From Octopus vulgaris (taxonomy: Eukaryota), in contig OX597841.1 in assembly GCA_951406725.2 (NCBI GenBank), positions 4,030,001 to 4,094,000 of the forward strand: a stretch of DNA of 64,000 nt, read 5' to 3'. A program made the translations under genes and the position numbers. Of the stretch, positions 41,708 to 55,345 are shown piece by piece (position 1 is the stretch's first letter; every line of letters begins with the position of its first letter). The notes under the pieces were generated by a model. It saw only the letters and a program-made list of their open reading frames with translations. It made no database searches and had not been told where the DNA came from.

Positions 41708-42091
41708 GCTGTGTGGTAAGTAGCTTGCTTACCAACCACATGGTTTCGGGTTATGTCCCACTGCGTGGCACCTTGGGCAAGTGTCTTCTACTATAGCCTC
41801 GGGCCAACCAAAGCCTTGTGAGTGGATTTGGTAGACAAAAACTGAAAGAAGCCCGTCGTATATATGTATATATGATTATATGCGTGTGTGTGTTTGTGTG
41901 TCTGTGTTTGTCCCCCTAGCATTGCTTGACAACCGATGCTGGTGTGCTTATGTCCCAGTTACTTAGCGGTTCGGCAAAAGAGACTGATAGAATAAGTACT
42001 GGGCTTACAAAAGAATAAGTCTCGGGGTCGAGTTGCTCAATTGAAGGCGTTGCTCCAGCATGGACGCAGTCAAATGACTGAAACAAGTAAA

Positions 42092-42093
<2 letters not shown>
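41704..42093 (+). mobile_element. SINE family A
   Basis: Homology to family A. Confidence 0.9.
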
Positions 42094-42160
<67 letters not shown>

Positions 42161-42339
42161 TATATGGGTACAGGACATCAGAAAAATACGTTGAGCACAA
42201 TGAGAAGCAAAAACATGAAAACAAAAAACAGAGAAACGAACTCAGATATGTCTTGATGGTTTACGTTTACAACCGAAATAAAAAAAATAATCAGAAAAGT
42301 TAGTGTGTATTTTATATTAAAACAATAATATATGCGTGT

Positions 42340-45300
42340 ACGTATGTTTGTATCAGTGTACGTGTGTTTATAACTGTGTACATGTGTTTATATCTGTGTA
42401 CATGTGTTTATATTTGTGTCCATGTGTTTATATCTGTGTATATGTGTTTATATCTGTGTACATGTGTTTATATCTGCGTACATGTGTTTATATTTGAGTA
42501 TGTGTGTTTATATCTGTGTACATGTGTTTATATCTGTGTACGTGTGTTTATATCTGTGTAAGTGTGTTTATATCTGTGTACGTGTGTTTATATCTGTGTA
42601 CATGTGTTTATATCTGTGTCCATGTGTTTATATCTGTGTACATGTGTTTATATTTGTGTACGCGTGTTTATATATGTGTCCATGTGTTTATATCTGTGTA
42701 CATGTGTTTATATTTGTGTACGCGTGTTTATATCTGTGTACGCGTGTTTATATCTGTATACATGTGTTTTTATATCTGTGTACATGTGTTTATATCTGTG
42801 TACATGTGTTTATATCTGTGTACATGTGTTTATATCTGTGTACGTGTGTTTATATCTGTGTACATGTGTTTATATCTGTGTACGTGTGTTTATATCTGTG
42901 TACATGTGTTTATATCTGTGCAAATGTGTTTATATCTGTGTACATGTATTTATATTTGTGTACGCGTGTTTATATCTGTGTACGTGTGTTTATATCTGTG
43001 TACGTGTGTTTATATCTGTGTACGTGTGTTTATATCTGTGTACATATGTTCATATCTGTGTACATGTATATATATCTGTGTACATGTGTTTATCTCTGTG
43101 TACATGTGTTTATATCTGTGTACGTGTGTTTATATCTGTGTACATGTGTTTATATCTGTGTACATGTGTTTATATCTGTGTATATGTGTTTATATCTGTG
43201 TATATGTGTTTATATCTGTGTACATGTGTTTATATCTGTGTATATGTGTTTATATCTGTGTACATGAGTTTATATCTGTGTACGTGTGTTTATATCTTTA
43301 TACGTGTGTTTATATCTGTGTACATGTGTTTATATCTTTATACGTGTGTTTATATCTGTGTACATGTGTTTATATCTGTGTACATGTGTTTATATCTGTG
43401 TACATGTGTTTATATCTTTATACGTGTGTTTATATCTGTGTAAGTGTGTTTATATCTGTGTACGTGTGTTTATATCTGTGTACATGTGTTTATATCTGTG
43501 TACATGTGTTTATATCTGTGTACATGTGTTTATATCTGTGTACATGTATTTATATTTGTGTACGCGTGTTTATATCTGTGTACGTGTGTTTATATCTGTG
43601 TACGTGTGTTTATATCTGTGTACATGTGTTTATATCTGTGTACATGTGTTTATATCTGTGTAAATGTGTTTATATCTGTGTACATGTATTTATATTTGTG
43701 TACGCGTGTTTATATCTGTGTACGTGTGTTTATATCTGTTTATGTGTGTTTATATCTGTGTACTGTGTACGTGTGTTTATATCTGTGTACGTGTGTTTAT
43801 ATCTGTGTACATATATGTGTACATGTGTTTATATCTGTGTATATCTGTGTACATGTGTTTATATCTGTGTACATGTGTTTATATCTGTGTACATGTGTTT
43901 ATATCTGTGTACGTGTGTTTATATCTGTGTACGTGTGTTTATATCTGTGTACATGTGTTTATATCTGTGTACATGTGTTTATATCTGTGTACATGTGTTT
44001 ATATCTGTGTACGCGTGTTTATATCTGTGTACTGTGTACATGTTTATATCTGTGTACGTGTGTTTATATCTGTGTACGTGTGTTTATATCTGTGTACATG
44101 TGTTTATATCTGTGTACGTGTGTTTATATCTGTGTACATATGTATATATCTGTGTACATGTGTTATATCTGTGTACATGTGTTTATCTCTGTGTACATGT
44201 GTTTATATCTGTGTACGTGTGTTTATATCTGTGTACGTGTGTTTATATCTGTGTACATGTGTTTATATCTGTGTATATGTGTTTATATCTGTGTATATGT
44301 GTTTATATCTGTGTACATGAGTTTATATCTGTGTATATGTGTTTATATCTGTGTACATGTGTTTATATCTGTGTACATGTGTTTATATCTTTATACGTGT
44401 GTTTATATCTGTGTACATGTGTTTATATCTTTATACGTGTGTTTATATCTGTGTACATGTGTTTATATCTGTGTACATGTGTTTATATCTGTGTACATGT
44501 GTTTATATCTTTATACGTGTGTTTATATCTGTGTACATGTGTTTATATCTGTGTACATGTGTTTATATCTGTGTACGTGTGTTTATATCTGTGTATATCT
44601 GTGTATATGTGTTTATATGTGTTTATATCTGTGTACATGTGTTTATATCTGTGTACGTGTGTTTATATCTGTGTACATGTGTTTATATCTGTGTACATGT
44701 GTTTATATCTGTGAATGTGTGTTTATATCTGTGTACATGTGTTTATATCTGTGTACGTGTGTTTATATCTGTGTACATGTGTTTATATCTGTGTACATGT
44801 GTTTATATCTTTATACGTGTGTTTATATCTGTGTACATGTGTTTATATCTTTATACGTGTGTTTATATCTGTGTACATGTGTTTATATCTGTGTACGTGT
44901 GTTTATATCTGTGTACATGTGTTTATATCTGTGTACATGTGTTTATATCTTTATACGTGTGTTTATATCTGTGTACATGTGTTTATATCTGTGTACGTGT
45001 GTTTATATCTGTGTACATGTGTTTATATCTGTGTACATGTGTTTATATCTGTGTATATCTGTGTACATGTGTTTATATCTGTGTATATGTGTTTATATCT
45101 GTGTACATGTGTTTATATCTGTGTATATCTGTGTATATGTGTTTATATCTGTGTACATGTGTTTATATCTGTGTACATGTGTTTATATCTTTGTACGTGT
45201 GTTTATATCTGTGTACATGTGTTTATATCTGTGTACATGTATCTGTGTGTACATGTGTTTATATCTTTATACGTGTTTTTATATCTGTGTACATGTGTTT

Positions 45301-46937
45301 ATATCTGTGTACATGTGTTTATATCTGTGTACGTGTGTTTATATCTGTGTATGTGTGTTTATATCTGTGTACATATGTTTATATCTGTGTACATGTGTCT
45401 ATATCTATATACATGTGTTTATATCTGTGTACATGTGTCTATATCTGTGTACATGTGATTATATCTGTGTACATGTGTTTATATCTGTGTACATGTGTTT
45501 ATATCTGTGTTCATGTGTTTATATATGTGTATGTGTGTTTATATCTGTGTACGTGTGTTTATATCTGTGTACATGTGTTTATATCTGTGTATGTGTGTTT
45601 ATATCTGTGTACATGTGTTTATATCTGTGTACGTGTGTATATATCTGTGTACGTGTGTTTATATCTGTGTAGTCGTGTTTATATCTGTGTACATGTGTTT
45701 GTATATGCGTACGTGTGTTTATATCTGTGTACGTGTGTTTATATCTGTGTACGTGTGTTTATATCTGTGTACATGTGTTTATATCTGTGTACGTGTGTTT
45801 ATATCTGTGTACATGTGTTTATATCAGTGTACGTGTGTTTATATCTGTGTACATGTGTTTATATCTGTGTACATGTGTTTATATCTGTGTACGTGTGTTT
45901 ATATCTGTGTACGTGTGTTTATATCTGTGTACGTGTGTTTATATCTGTGTACGTGTGTTTATATCTGTGTACGTGTGTTTATATCTGTGTACGTGTGTCT
46001 ATAGCTGTGTACATGTGTTTATATCTGTGTATATCTGTGTATATGTGTTTATATCTGTGTACATGTGTTTATATCTGTGTACGTGTGTTTATATCTGTGT
46101 ATATCTGTGTATATGTGTTTATATCTGTGTACATGTGTTTATATCTGTGTACATGTGTTTATATTTGTGTATGTGTGTTTATATCTGTGTACGTGTGTTT
46201 ATATCTGTGTACATGTGTTTATATCTTTATACATGTGTTTATATCTGTGAACATGTGTTTATATTTGTGTATGTGTGTTTATATCTGTGTAGGCGTGTTT
46301 ATATCTGTGTACATGTGTTTATATCTGTGTACGTGTGTTTATATCTGTGTACATGTGTTTATATCTATGTACATGTGTTTATATCTGTGTACGTGTGTTT
46401 ATATCTGTGTAAATGTGTTTATATCTGTGTACATGTGTTTATATCTTTATACATGTGTTTATATCTGTGTACGTGTGTTTATATCTGTGAACATGTGTTT
46501 ATATTTGTGTATGTGTGTTTATATCTGTGTAGGCGTGTTTATATCTGTGTACATGTGTTTATAGCTGTGTAGGTGTGTTTATATCTGTTTACGTGTGTTT
46601 ATATCTGTGTACATGTGTTTATATCTGTGTACGTGTGTTTATATCTGTGTACATGTGTTTATATCTGTATACATGTGTTTATATCTGTGTACATGTGTTT
46701 ATATCTGTATACACGTGTTCATATCTGTGTACATGTGTTTATATCTGTGTACGTGTGTTTATATCTGTGTACGTGTGTTTATATCTGGGTACGTGTGTTT
46801 ATATCTGTGTATATGTGTTTATATCTATCTACGTGTTTTTGTATATGTGTACGTGTCCTTATATCTGTGTATATGTGTTTATATCTGTGTAGTGTGTTTA
46901 TATCTGTGTATATGTGTTTGTATCTGTGTACGTGTGT
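42340..46937. repeat. 4.6-kb minisatellite, 20-bp unit gtgtttatatctgtgtac(a/g)t, ~230 copies
   Basis: Period 20 is visible throughout; source of the 700-aa pseudo-ORFs. Confidence 0.98.
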
Positions 46938-47263
46938 AGCGGTTGTGCGCATGTGCGTGTGCCTTTCGACTGTTTTATTCCACAGAGTTTATCCCGTCTT
47001 TGGTTTCTTCGTCTTCAATTACGTTTTCATTTCATTTTATATTATTTTTTTGTCCGTATTTTTGTAAAACTCGTTGTCTCCTTCCTCTCCATTCCCCGCC
47101 TCCACTGCTCTCCGTTCTTCATAATGCGATCTACTTCGTCAACGAGAAAATAGCTTAATTATAAAACAGCAAAAAGTACATCAGAAAAACAAGAATCACA
47201 TTGATAGTATCAACAATAACACCAACAAAAATGGCAAGAGTCTATATTTTCCGTTTCCTGTTT

Positions 47264-47311
<48 letters not shown>

Positions 47312-47384
47312 CATGTATATACACACGTACATATATATATTCACACACATATATGTACACAGTACAAACACATACATACATACA

Positions 47385-47429
<45 letters not shown>

Positions 47430-47460
47430 ATTATTATTATTATTATTGCTATTATCATTA

Positions 47461-47528
<68 letters not shown>

Positions 47529-48029
47529 TTACTCTCACGGGGAATTCGAACACACGAAGCCTTTACACTTCTCTTTCCTCTCCCGCTACTCTCCCTTATA
47601 ATCTCACTCTCTCCCCACCCCGTTTCCCCTAATCTCACCACCCATCCGCCCCCAACACTACCACCAACACCACCTCAACCCCCTCACTACCACCACCACC
47701 ACCACCATCACCACGCAACAACCACTAACTAACTATTCTGTCAAGCCACTGCAACCGACACAACAATTACAACAACTACAACAACCCCTTTTTCCTCATC
47801 TTTAAGGGGTCAAGCTACGTCGAACAGGGAAAGCAAGGAGTCATCACTCGGGTTCGCTCGGGTTCATTTGCTCTTGCCGGGAGCTTCACATGTGCGCGCG
47901 CGCTCGCATGCGTATGTGTGTGTGCGTGTTTTGCGCGCGCGAGAGCATGCATGAATATATATGCGCGTATACATATATATACACACAGATACATATATCC
48001 GTATGTGTGTGTTTATGTGTATAAATATA

Positions 48030-48925
<896 letters not shown>

Positions 48926-49257
48926 CTTGTGTGTATGCCCATATGCCTATGCTATGTGTGTAAAGTGTGCGATCAGCTGAAAGACATGGGTGGAGGTTTT
49001 TCCCAAACACCCACCCACCCGCCCGCCCACCCGGCTTCCAGCGTTCATTGTCTTCTTGCTTGACTTCATGCCTAGCTGCATGGCTGACAGCCCTGTCTGT
49101 CTGTTTGTCCTGTTTAAATAGGGTTCGAGCTCCGCTGCCCTGCACCGCCTTCCTTTGCTTCCCCCTTTTTAAAAAAAAAAATAAAAAAACTATTTCACTC
49201 ACTTTTTGCTCTGCTCCGCCTAGCCCCCCCCCCCCGACGTTTTATTGAAACCACCAC

Positions 49258-49605
49258 CTTCGCCGCCGCCGCCGCCTCCGCCGCCTGCGCCGCCTCCGCC
49301 GCCTGCGCCGCCTCCGCCGCCTGCGCCGCCTCCGCCGCCTGCGCCGCCTCCGCCGCCTGCGCCGCCTCCGCCGCCTGCGCCGCCTCCGCCGCCTGCGCCT
49401 CCTCCGCCGCCGCCACCTCCGCCTCCTCCGCCCCCGCCCCTGCCGCCGCCCCTGCCGCCGCCCCTGCCGCCGCCCCTGCCGCCGCCCCTGCCGCCGCCCC
49501 TGCCGCCGCCCCTGCCGCCGCCCCTGCCGCCGCCCCTGCCGCCGCCCCTGCCGCCGCCCCTGCCGCCGCCTCCACCGCCGCTGCCTCCACCGCCGCTGCC
49601 TCCGC

Positions 49606-49636
<31 letters not shown>

Positions 49637-49760
49637 TCCGCCGCCTCCGCCGCCTCCGCCGCCTCCGCCGCCTCCGCCGCTGCCGCCTCCGCCGCTGCCG
49701 CCTTCGCCACTGCCTATGCCACCGCCTCCGCCGCCACAAACTCCGCCGCCGCCTCCTCCA
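49258..49760. repeat. GC-rich (CCG)-based compound repeat (18-, 12- and 9-bp units)
   Basis: Visible in the sequence. Confidence 0.92.
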
Positions 49761-50053
49761 CGAGTACTCCCCACCTCCGAGCACTCGTGACAATCATCCA
49801 CACCACGTTCACCACCGCAACCATCGTCATCAACGGCAAACATCCACCCTACCCCCTACTACGACAGTAACGCCACCGCAACCAAATTTGTGAACAAACA
49901 TGGACGACGACGACGATGACGAGAAACCCCACCACCATCACAACCACCGCCATTACATTCACTGATAAAGGCACCTCAACTTGACCCCCGCACCAGCCAG
50001 AAATTGCAGTCAAATCTCCTTCGAATGACTTAAAACAGGTCACGTTAAATAAC

Positions 50054-50459
50054 GTCACAATGGACCGTTAGCTCCTACACGCATTTTTTCTCTCCTTGTT
50101 TCTTTTCTGTGTATCTTTCTGTCGAAGAGCGTAGGCTCGAAACGTAAAAGACTCTTTCTATTTCTATTCCTGAGCGCCATACTAATACATTTGTTTGTTT
50201 GTACTACACCTGCCTTCGTCTTTTGTTTATTTTCGTAAACCTTCCCGTTATATATATATATACGCCATGATAGACCGTTAGCTCCTACACGCATTTTTTC
50301 TCTCTCCTTGTTTCTTTTCTGTGTATCTTTCTGTCGAAGAGCGTAGGCTCGAAACGTAAAAGACTTGTTCTATTTCTATTCCTTAGCGCCATACTAATAC
50401 ATTTGTTTGTTTGTACTCCACCTGCCTTCGTCTTTTGTTTATTTTCGTAAACCTTCCCG

Positions 50460-50548
<89 letters not shown>

Positions 50549-50830
50549 CCTTCGTTTTGGAAGTCACTTGACCCTGTTATCTCCCCTACTGTCCCTCTAG
50601 CGTCTGACCACTGCCCTAAGTCAGGACGCCATGATACATTGTTAGCTCCTACACGCATTTTTTTATATCCTTGTTTCTCTCCTTGTTTCTTTTCTGTGTA
50701 TCTTTCTGACGAAGAGTGTAGGCTCAAAACGTAAAAGACTTGTTGTATTTCTATTCCTGAGCGCTATACTAATACATTTGTTTGTTTGTACTCCACCTGC
50801 CTTCGTCTTTTGTTTATTTTCGTAAACCTT
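50054..50830 (+). mobile_element. Three copies of the ~210-bp hammerhead-bearing repeat (HHR-like motifs 50114-50151, 50326-50363, 50701-50738) flanked by a 14-bp direct repeat
   Basis: TCTTT CTG(T/A)CGA A GAG(C/T)-GTAG-GCTC (G/A)AAA CG TA AAAGA; tcacgttaaataac occurs at 50040-50053 and 50830-50843. Confidence 0.75.
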
Positions 50831-51063
50831 CACGTTAAATAACATGGTTTTGAGTGCTTTGTGGTTAAGAATTACACAGTACGGTCACATTTGGATTGCC
50901 TTCACTTAGACATTTGTTCATCAAGGCTGAGTTCGGCTTATATAACAACAACGGCACAACTCCCCAGACAAAAGTCCCTACCTAGTCATCCGATCTGCTA
51001 GAAATAGGGATCATATTTCACTCAAGTCATATCACATCGTCACTAGGAAATAAGGAAAGGAAA

Positions 51064-51600
51064 TCTATATATATAAAGCTGAAGTTGTCTGTGTGTGGCA
51101 GGTTTGGTAGCCTTCAATTAACACTATCTCCTCCGAGACCCTGCGGCGCAATTCGACCAAAATTGAGAGTATGATAGAAGAAGGCTTGCTCTTCATTCCC
51201 TACAAGATAAAATTCAAATCGGACCATGTTAACACCAAAAATTATTTACATGAAAAAGGTGCTTTTTTTCTATGAAAATCCCTATTTTTTACTATTTATA
51301 AAGCTGAAGTTGTCTGTGTATGGCAGGTTTGGTAGCCTTCAACTTACGCTATCTCCTCCGAGACCCTGGGGCGCAAATCGACCAAAATTGAGAGTATGAT
51401 AGAAGAAGGCTTGTTCTTCATTCCCTACAAGATAAAATTCAAATCGGACCATGTTAACACCAAAAATTATTTACATGTAAAATGTGCTTTTTTTCTATGA
51501 AAATCCTTATTTTTTACGATTTTTTGACTGCTGTGTCGCCATTTTTCGGTGTATTTCAACCAGAAAAACGTTCACTTAAAGAGAATAACAAGCCGGATAT
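51064..51600 (+). mobile_element. Probable non-autonomous Helitron-like 5' end with a ~233-bp internal tandem duplication
   Basis: Starts A|TCTATATATATAAA; 51071-51291 is repeated at ~51297-51516. No 3' hairpin or CTRR end identified. Confidence 0.5.
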
Positions 51601-51908
51601 TTACTTAAATAGCAGGAATGAGGTGTTTAATCCTTGCCCCCATGGAAGTACATCCTCTCGTACCTGCGCGCCCCAACATAGCTGCAACCACAGGTCCCCG
51701 GCGTTGATCTTCCAGCAATTCCCTCGGCAGAGAGTTTGACCAGAGCACACACCAACGCACCCACGTACACATACGCACACCTTTGCAAGGCGGACACCCA
51801 ACAAAATCTCCCACCATTCCTGATATATACCATTCGCACACATTATACCCTCACACATATATAGACCACACACACACTTTTCAGCACACCCTCTGATATA
51901 TATATATA

Positions 51909-51961
<53 letters not shown>

Positions 51962-52367
51962 TAAATTCGAGATAAAACCACTATTAGGCAAATCAAACTG
52001 TGAAAAACATACCAACTCATATAAATAAAAATAATTAATATAATATACAAAATATATAAAATATAAAATTTTAAATCTAAATTATTTAAATTTTAAATTA
52101 TTAATTCATATTTATAAATTTTTATATTTAAAAAAATATTTTTAAAATTTAAATTAATAAATTTTTAAACCTTTAAACTTTTTTTAAAAATATATAACTA
52201 TCAAAAAGTATTAAAAAAGTTTAATATAAGATAATATATATAGTTTCGAATTTGTGTGAATATGTATAGAATAATATATCAGTAAACAATTGCAGCGTGG
52301 AAGGTGTTTGTAAGCCATTTAAGAAACACACAAAAGCCGTTCGATTCACTTCAACATTTAAGTTTAA

Positions 52368-52418
52368 TTTGTCAAAATATTTTCGTCGCTTTAAGACTGC
52401 GACCTGTTCACTGACAAA
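52368..52418 (-). ncRNA. Type I hammerhead motif with G3-C8 swapped core
   Basis: Minus strand reads TTTGTCA GTGAACA G GTCGC-AGTCTTAAA-GCGAC GAA AATATT T TGACAAA. Confidence 0.72.
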
Positions 52419-52430
52419 AATCCGTGCAGC

Positions 52431-52473
52431 ACGGTTGTCAAGCAATAGTAGGGGGACAAACACAGACACACAA

Positions 52474-52505
<32 letters not shown>

Positions 52506-52684
52506 CTATATACATATATACGACGGGCTTCTTTCAGTTTCTGTCTACCAAATCCACTCACAAGGCTTTGGTCGGCCCGGAGCTAGAGCAGAAGACACTT
52601 GCCCAAAATGCCACGCAGTAGGACTGAACCCGGAACCATGTGGTTGATAGGCAAGCTACTTACCACACAGCCACTCCTGCGCCT
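52431..52684 (-). mobile_element. SINE family A, 3'-truncated
   Basis: Homology to family A. Confidence 0.88.
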
Positions 52685-52837
52685 ACTTATGGACAAAATC
52701 AAAATTAACAGGTCCTCTCACATCCTTTTTTACCCAAAGTCAGGAACTTTTCAGTAGCCCTTGTATATCCCAAAACAGATTCAATATTAATAAGTTAAAC
52801 TGATTCAAAACCATTGCTGGGTTATATAAAACGAACA

Positions 52838-53444
52838 AAGGCGGCGAGCTGGCAGAAACGTTAGCGCGCCGGGCGAAATGCTTAGCGGTATTTCGTCTGC
52901 CGTTACGTTCTGAGTTCAAATTCCGCCGAGGTCGACTTTGCCATATCATCCTTTCGGGGTCGATTAAATAAGTACTAGTTTCGCACTGGGGTCGATGTAA
53001 TCGACTTAATTCGTTTGTCTGTCCTTGTTTGTCCTCTCTATGTTTAGCCCCTTGTGGGTAGTAAAGAAATAGAAATAGGTATTTCGTCTGTCGTTACGTT
53101 CTGAGTTCAAATTCCGCCGAGGTCGACTTTGCCTTCCATCCTTTCGGGGTCGATTAAATAAGTACCAGTTTCGCACTGGGTCGATGTAATCGACTTAATC
53201 CCTTTGTCTGTCCTTGTTTGTCCCCTCTATGTTTAGCCCCTTGTGGGTAGTAAAGAAATAGGTATTTCGTCTGCCGTTACGTTCTGAGTTCAAATTCCGC
53301 CGAGGTCGACTTTGCCTTTCATCCTTTCGGGATCGATTAAATAAGTAGCAGTTACGCACTGGGGTCGATATAATCGACTTAATCCGTTTGTCTGTCCTTG
53401 TTTGTCCCCTCTGTGTTTAGCCCCTTGTGGGCAGTAAAGAAATA
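52838..53444 (+). mobile_element. SINE family B, head plus 3 body units
   Basis: Three tandem units. Confidence 0.92.
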
Positions 53445-53765
53445 TATATAATATGAACGACTAGTACAGCGAAACAGCATTGTCGCTCTCTGGCTGAGCT
53501 CACTTTGCTCACCTGTACTTTTAATTAGCACCTGAATTTACTGGTGTACGGAAACAGACGGGACAGTGGAGAGAGTGCAATATTTTCTAGGGTAAGGGGT
53601 CGTGCCTTAGTGTTTTCGGGACTCCCTGTGTATCAAATGACTACTTAATTACGGCTAACTTGCTAGCAAACGACAATGTTACCGATGGCAACAACCTCCT
53701 CTTCGTTCTCTTCATCTTCCTCCTCTTCCCCAACTTTCCCTTCTTCTTCTCCTCCACCTCCTTGT

Positions 53766-53797
<32 letters not shown>

Positions 53798-55345
53798 TCA
53801 TCAACAACAACTACTACTGAAGTAGCAAGAAATCCTTTATTTGGACACTCGATCTGCCGGAAATAGCAGCTAAATCTTCCTCTAATTACAAGTTTCCTAT
53901 TTTCAAATAAGGAAGCAACATTTAAATAATGTAGTCCTACACTCTCTTAAAACAACGGGATGGTCGCGGGTGGGATGCCTCTGAGCTGAGCTCGGCGTTG
54001 ACCTTGGGTTAACAAAAACATTAACAAGAACAAGAATAACAAGAAGTGGCATCAATCTGACAAAACTGACAGCATTGTTAAATGGAAGAGCAATGGTGTA
54101 GAGAGAGGGGAAAGGAGAGAGAGGTAGAGAAGAGGGAAGAGAGAGTGTGGGGAGAAAGATGTAGCTAAAAGAGACATCGTATAAACTGAAGAAGAGAGCA
54201 GCCGACATGAGCCTGTCGTCTGCTCGTGAATGGCGGCACTGACACCTCTAAATGTCTGCTGACGAATGCACTGGTTAATTAAGTTGGCTTTTAGTGTAAC
54301 AAGGAAATCGATAGAGAAGTTAGTGCTGTTGATAGTGGTAGTGGTGGTATTGGTGATGATAGTTAGTTGTGGGGGTGGACAGGGTGGCTTCTTGATATGA
54401 AAGATGTGCGGATAACAGCGGTGTTGGAAATAGTGGTATTGGTGGTTGGTCTTTGGTTGTGATCTGTAGGAAATGATGGGCGCAGATATGAAGGATGGTT
54501 AGATGGTGTGAGTGGAAGACAAAGGAAAAAGGGGACGGAGAAGGTATAGACGACGAGAGTCGAAGAACGAAATGATGGGAAAGAAAGGTTGCTGGTAGTA
54601 TGGGAGCCTGAAGAATTACGGAGCTGGATGTATGAGAGAAGAAGGTGGCTGCGTGAGTGATTGATGAGGGAAAGAAATGGAAGAAGAAATGAGAGAAAAG
54701 AGATGAAGACAAGATGGAGGCAAAGTGGAGGGAAGAGATGGGGCGGATAGGTAAAGTATGACTTGGTGGGGGATAAATGATAGCAACAAACGATATTCGT
54801 ACATTCATATATTTATACTAATATGTACATACATATACATACACATACACACACATACATGTATACATGCATGCATACATACATACATATCTACATACAT
54901 ACATACATACATACATACATACATACATACATGCATGCATACATACATACATACATACATGCATAAATACATACATATCTACATACATACATACATACAT
55001 ACATACATACATACATACACACATACATACACATACACATACACATATATATAGAGACATATACATATATATTATTTATATTACTACTTAATTGAACGCC
55101 ACGCTTCCATTTCCAAGTGTGCGTGTGTGTGTGTGTGTCTGTATGTATGTACGTACGTATGTATGTATGTATGTATGTATGTATGTATGTATGTATGTAT
55201 GTATGTATGTATGTATGTATGTATGTATGTATGTATGTATGTATGTATGTATGTATGTATGTATGTATGTGTGTATGTGCGTGTATATAATCAATTCAAA
55301 TAAACGAATAATAAAATTAACAAAAAGGTCGTGTACAGGCACTGT

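Noticed and set aside
42404-46572. 700-aa Cys/Tyr/Val-rich ORFs
   Set aside because: These are translations of a 20-bp minisatellite, open in all three frames.
47805-47835. GVKLRRT peptide resembling a WH2 motif after a possible acceptor
   Set aside because: Too short, with no supporting helix, donor site or exon chain.
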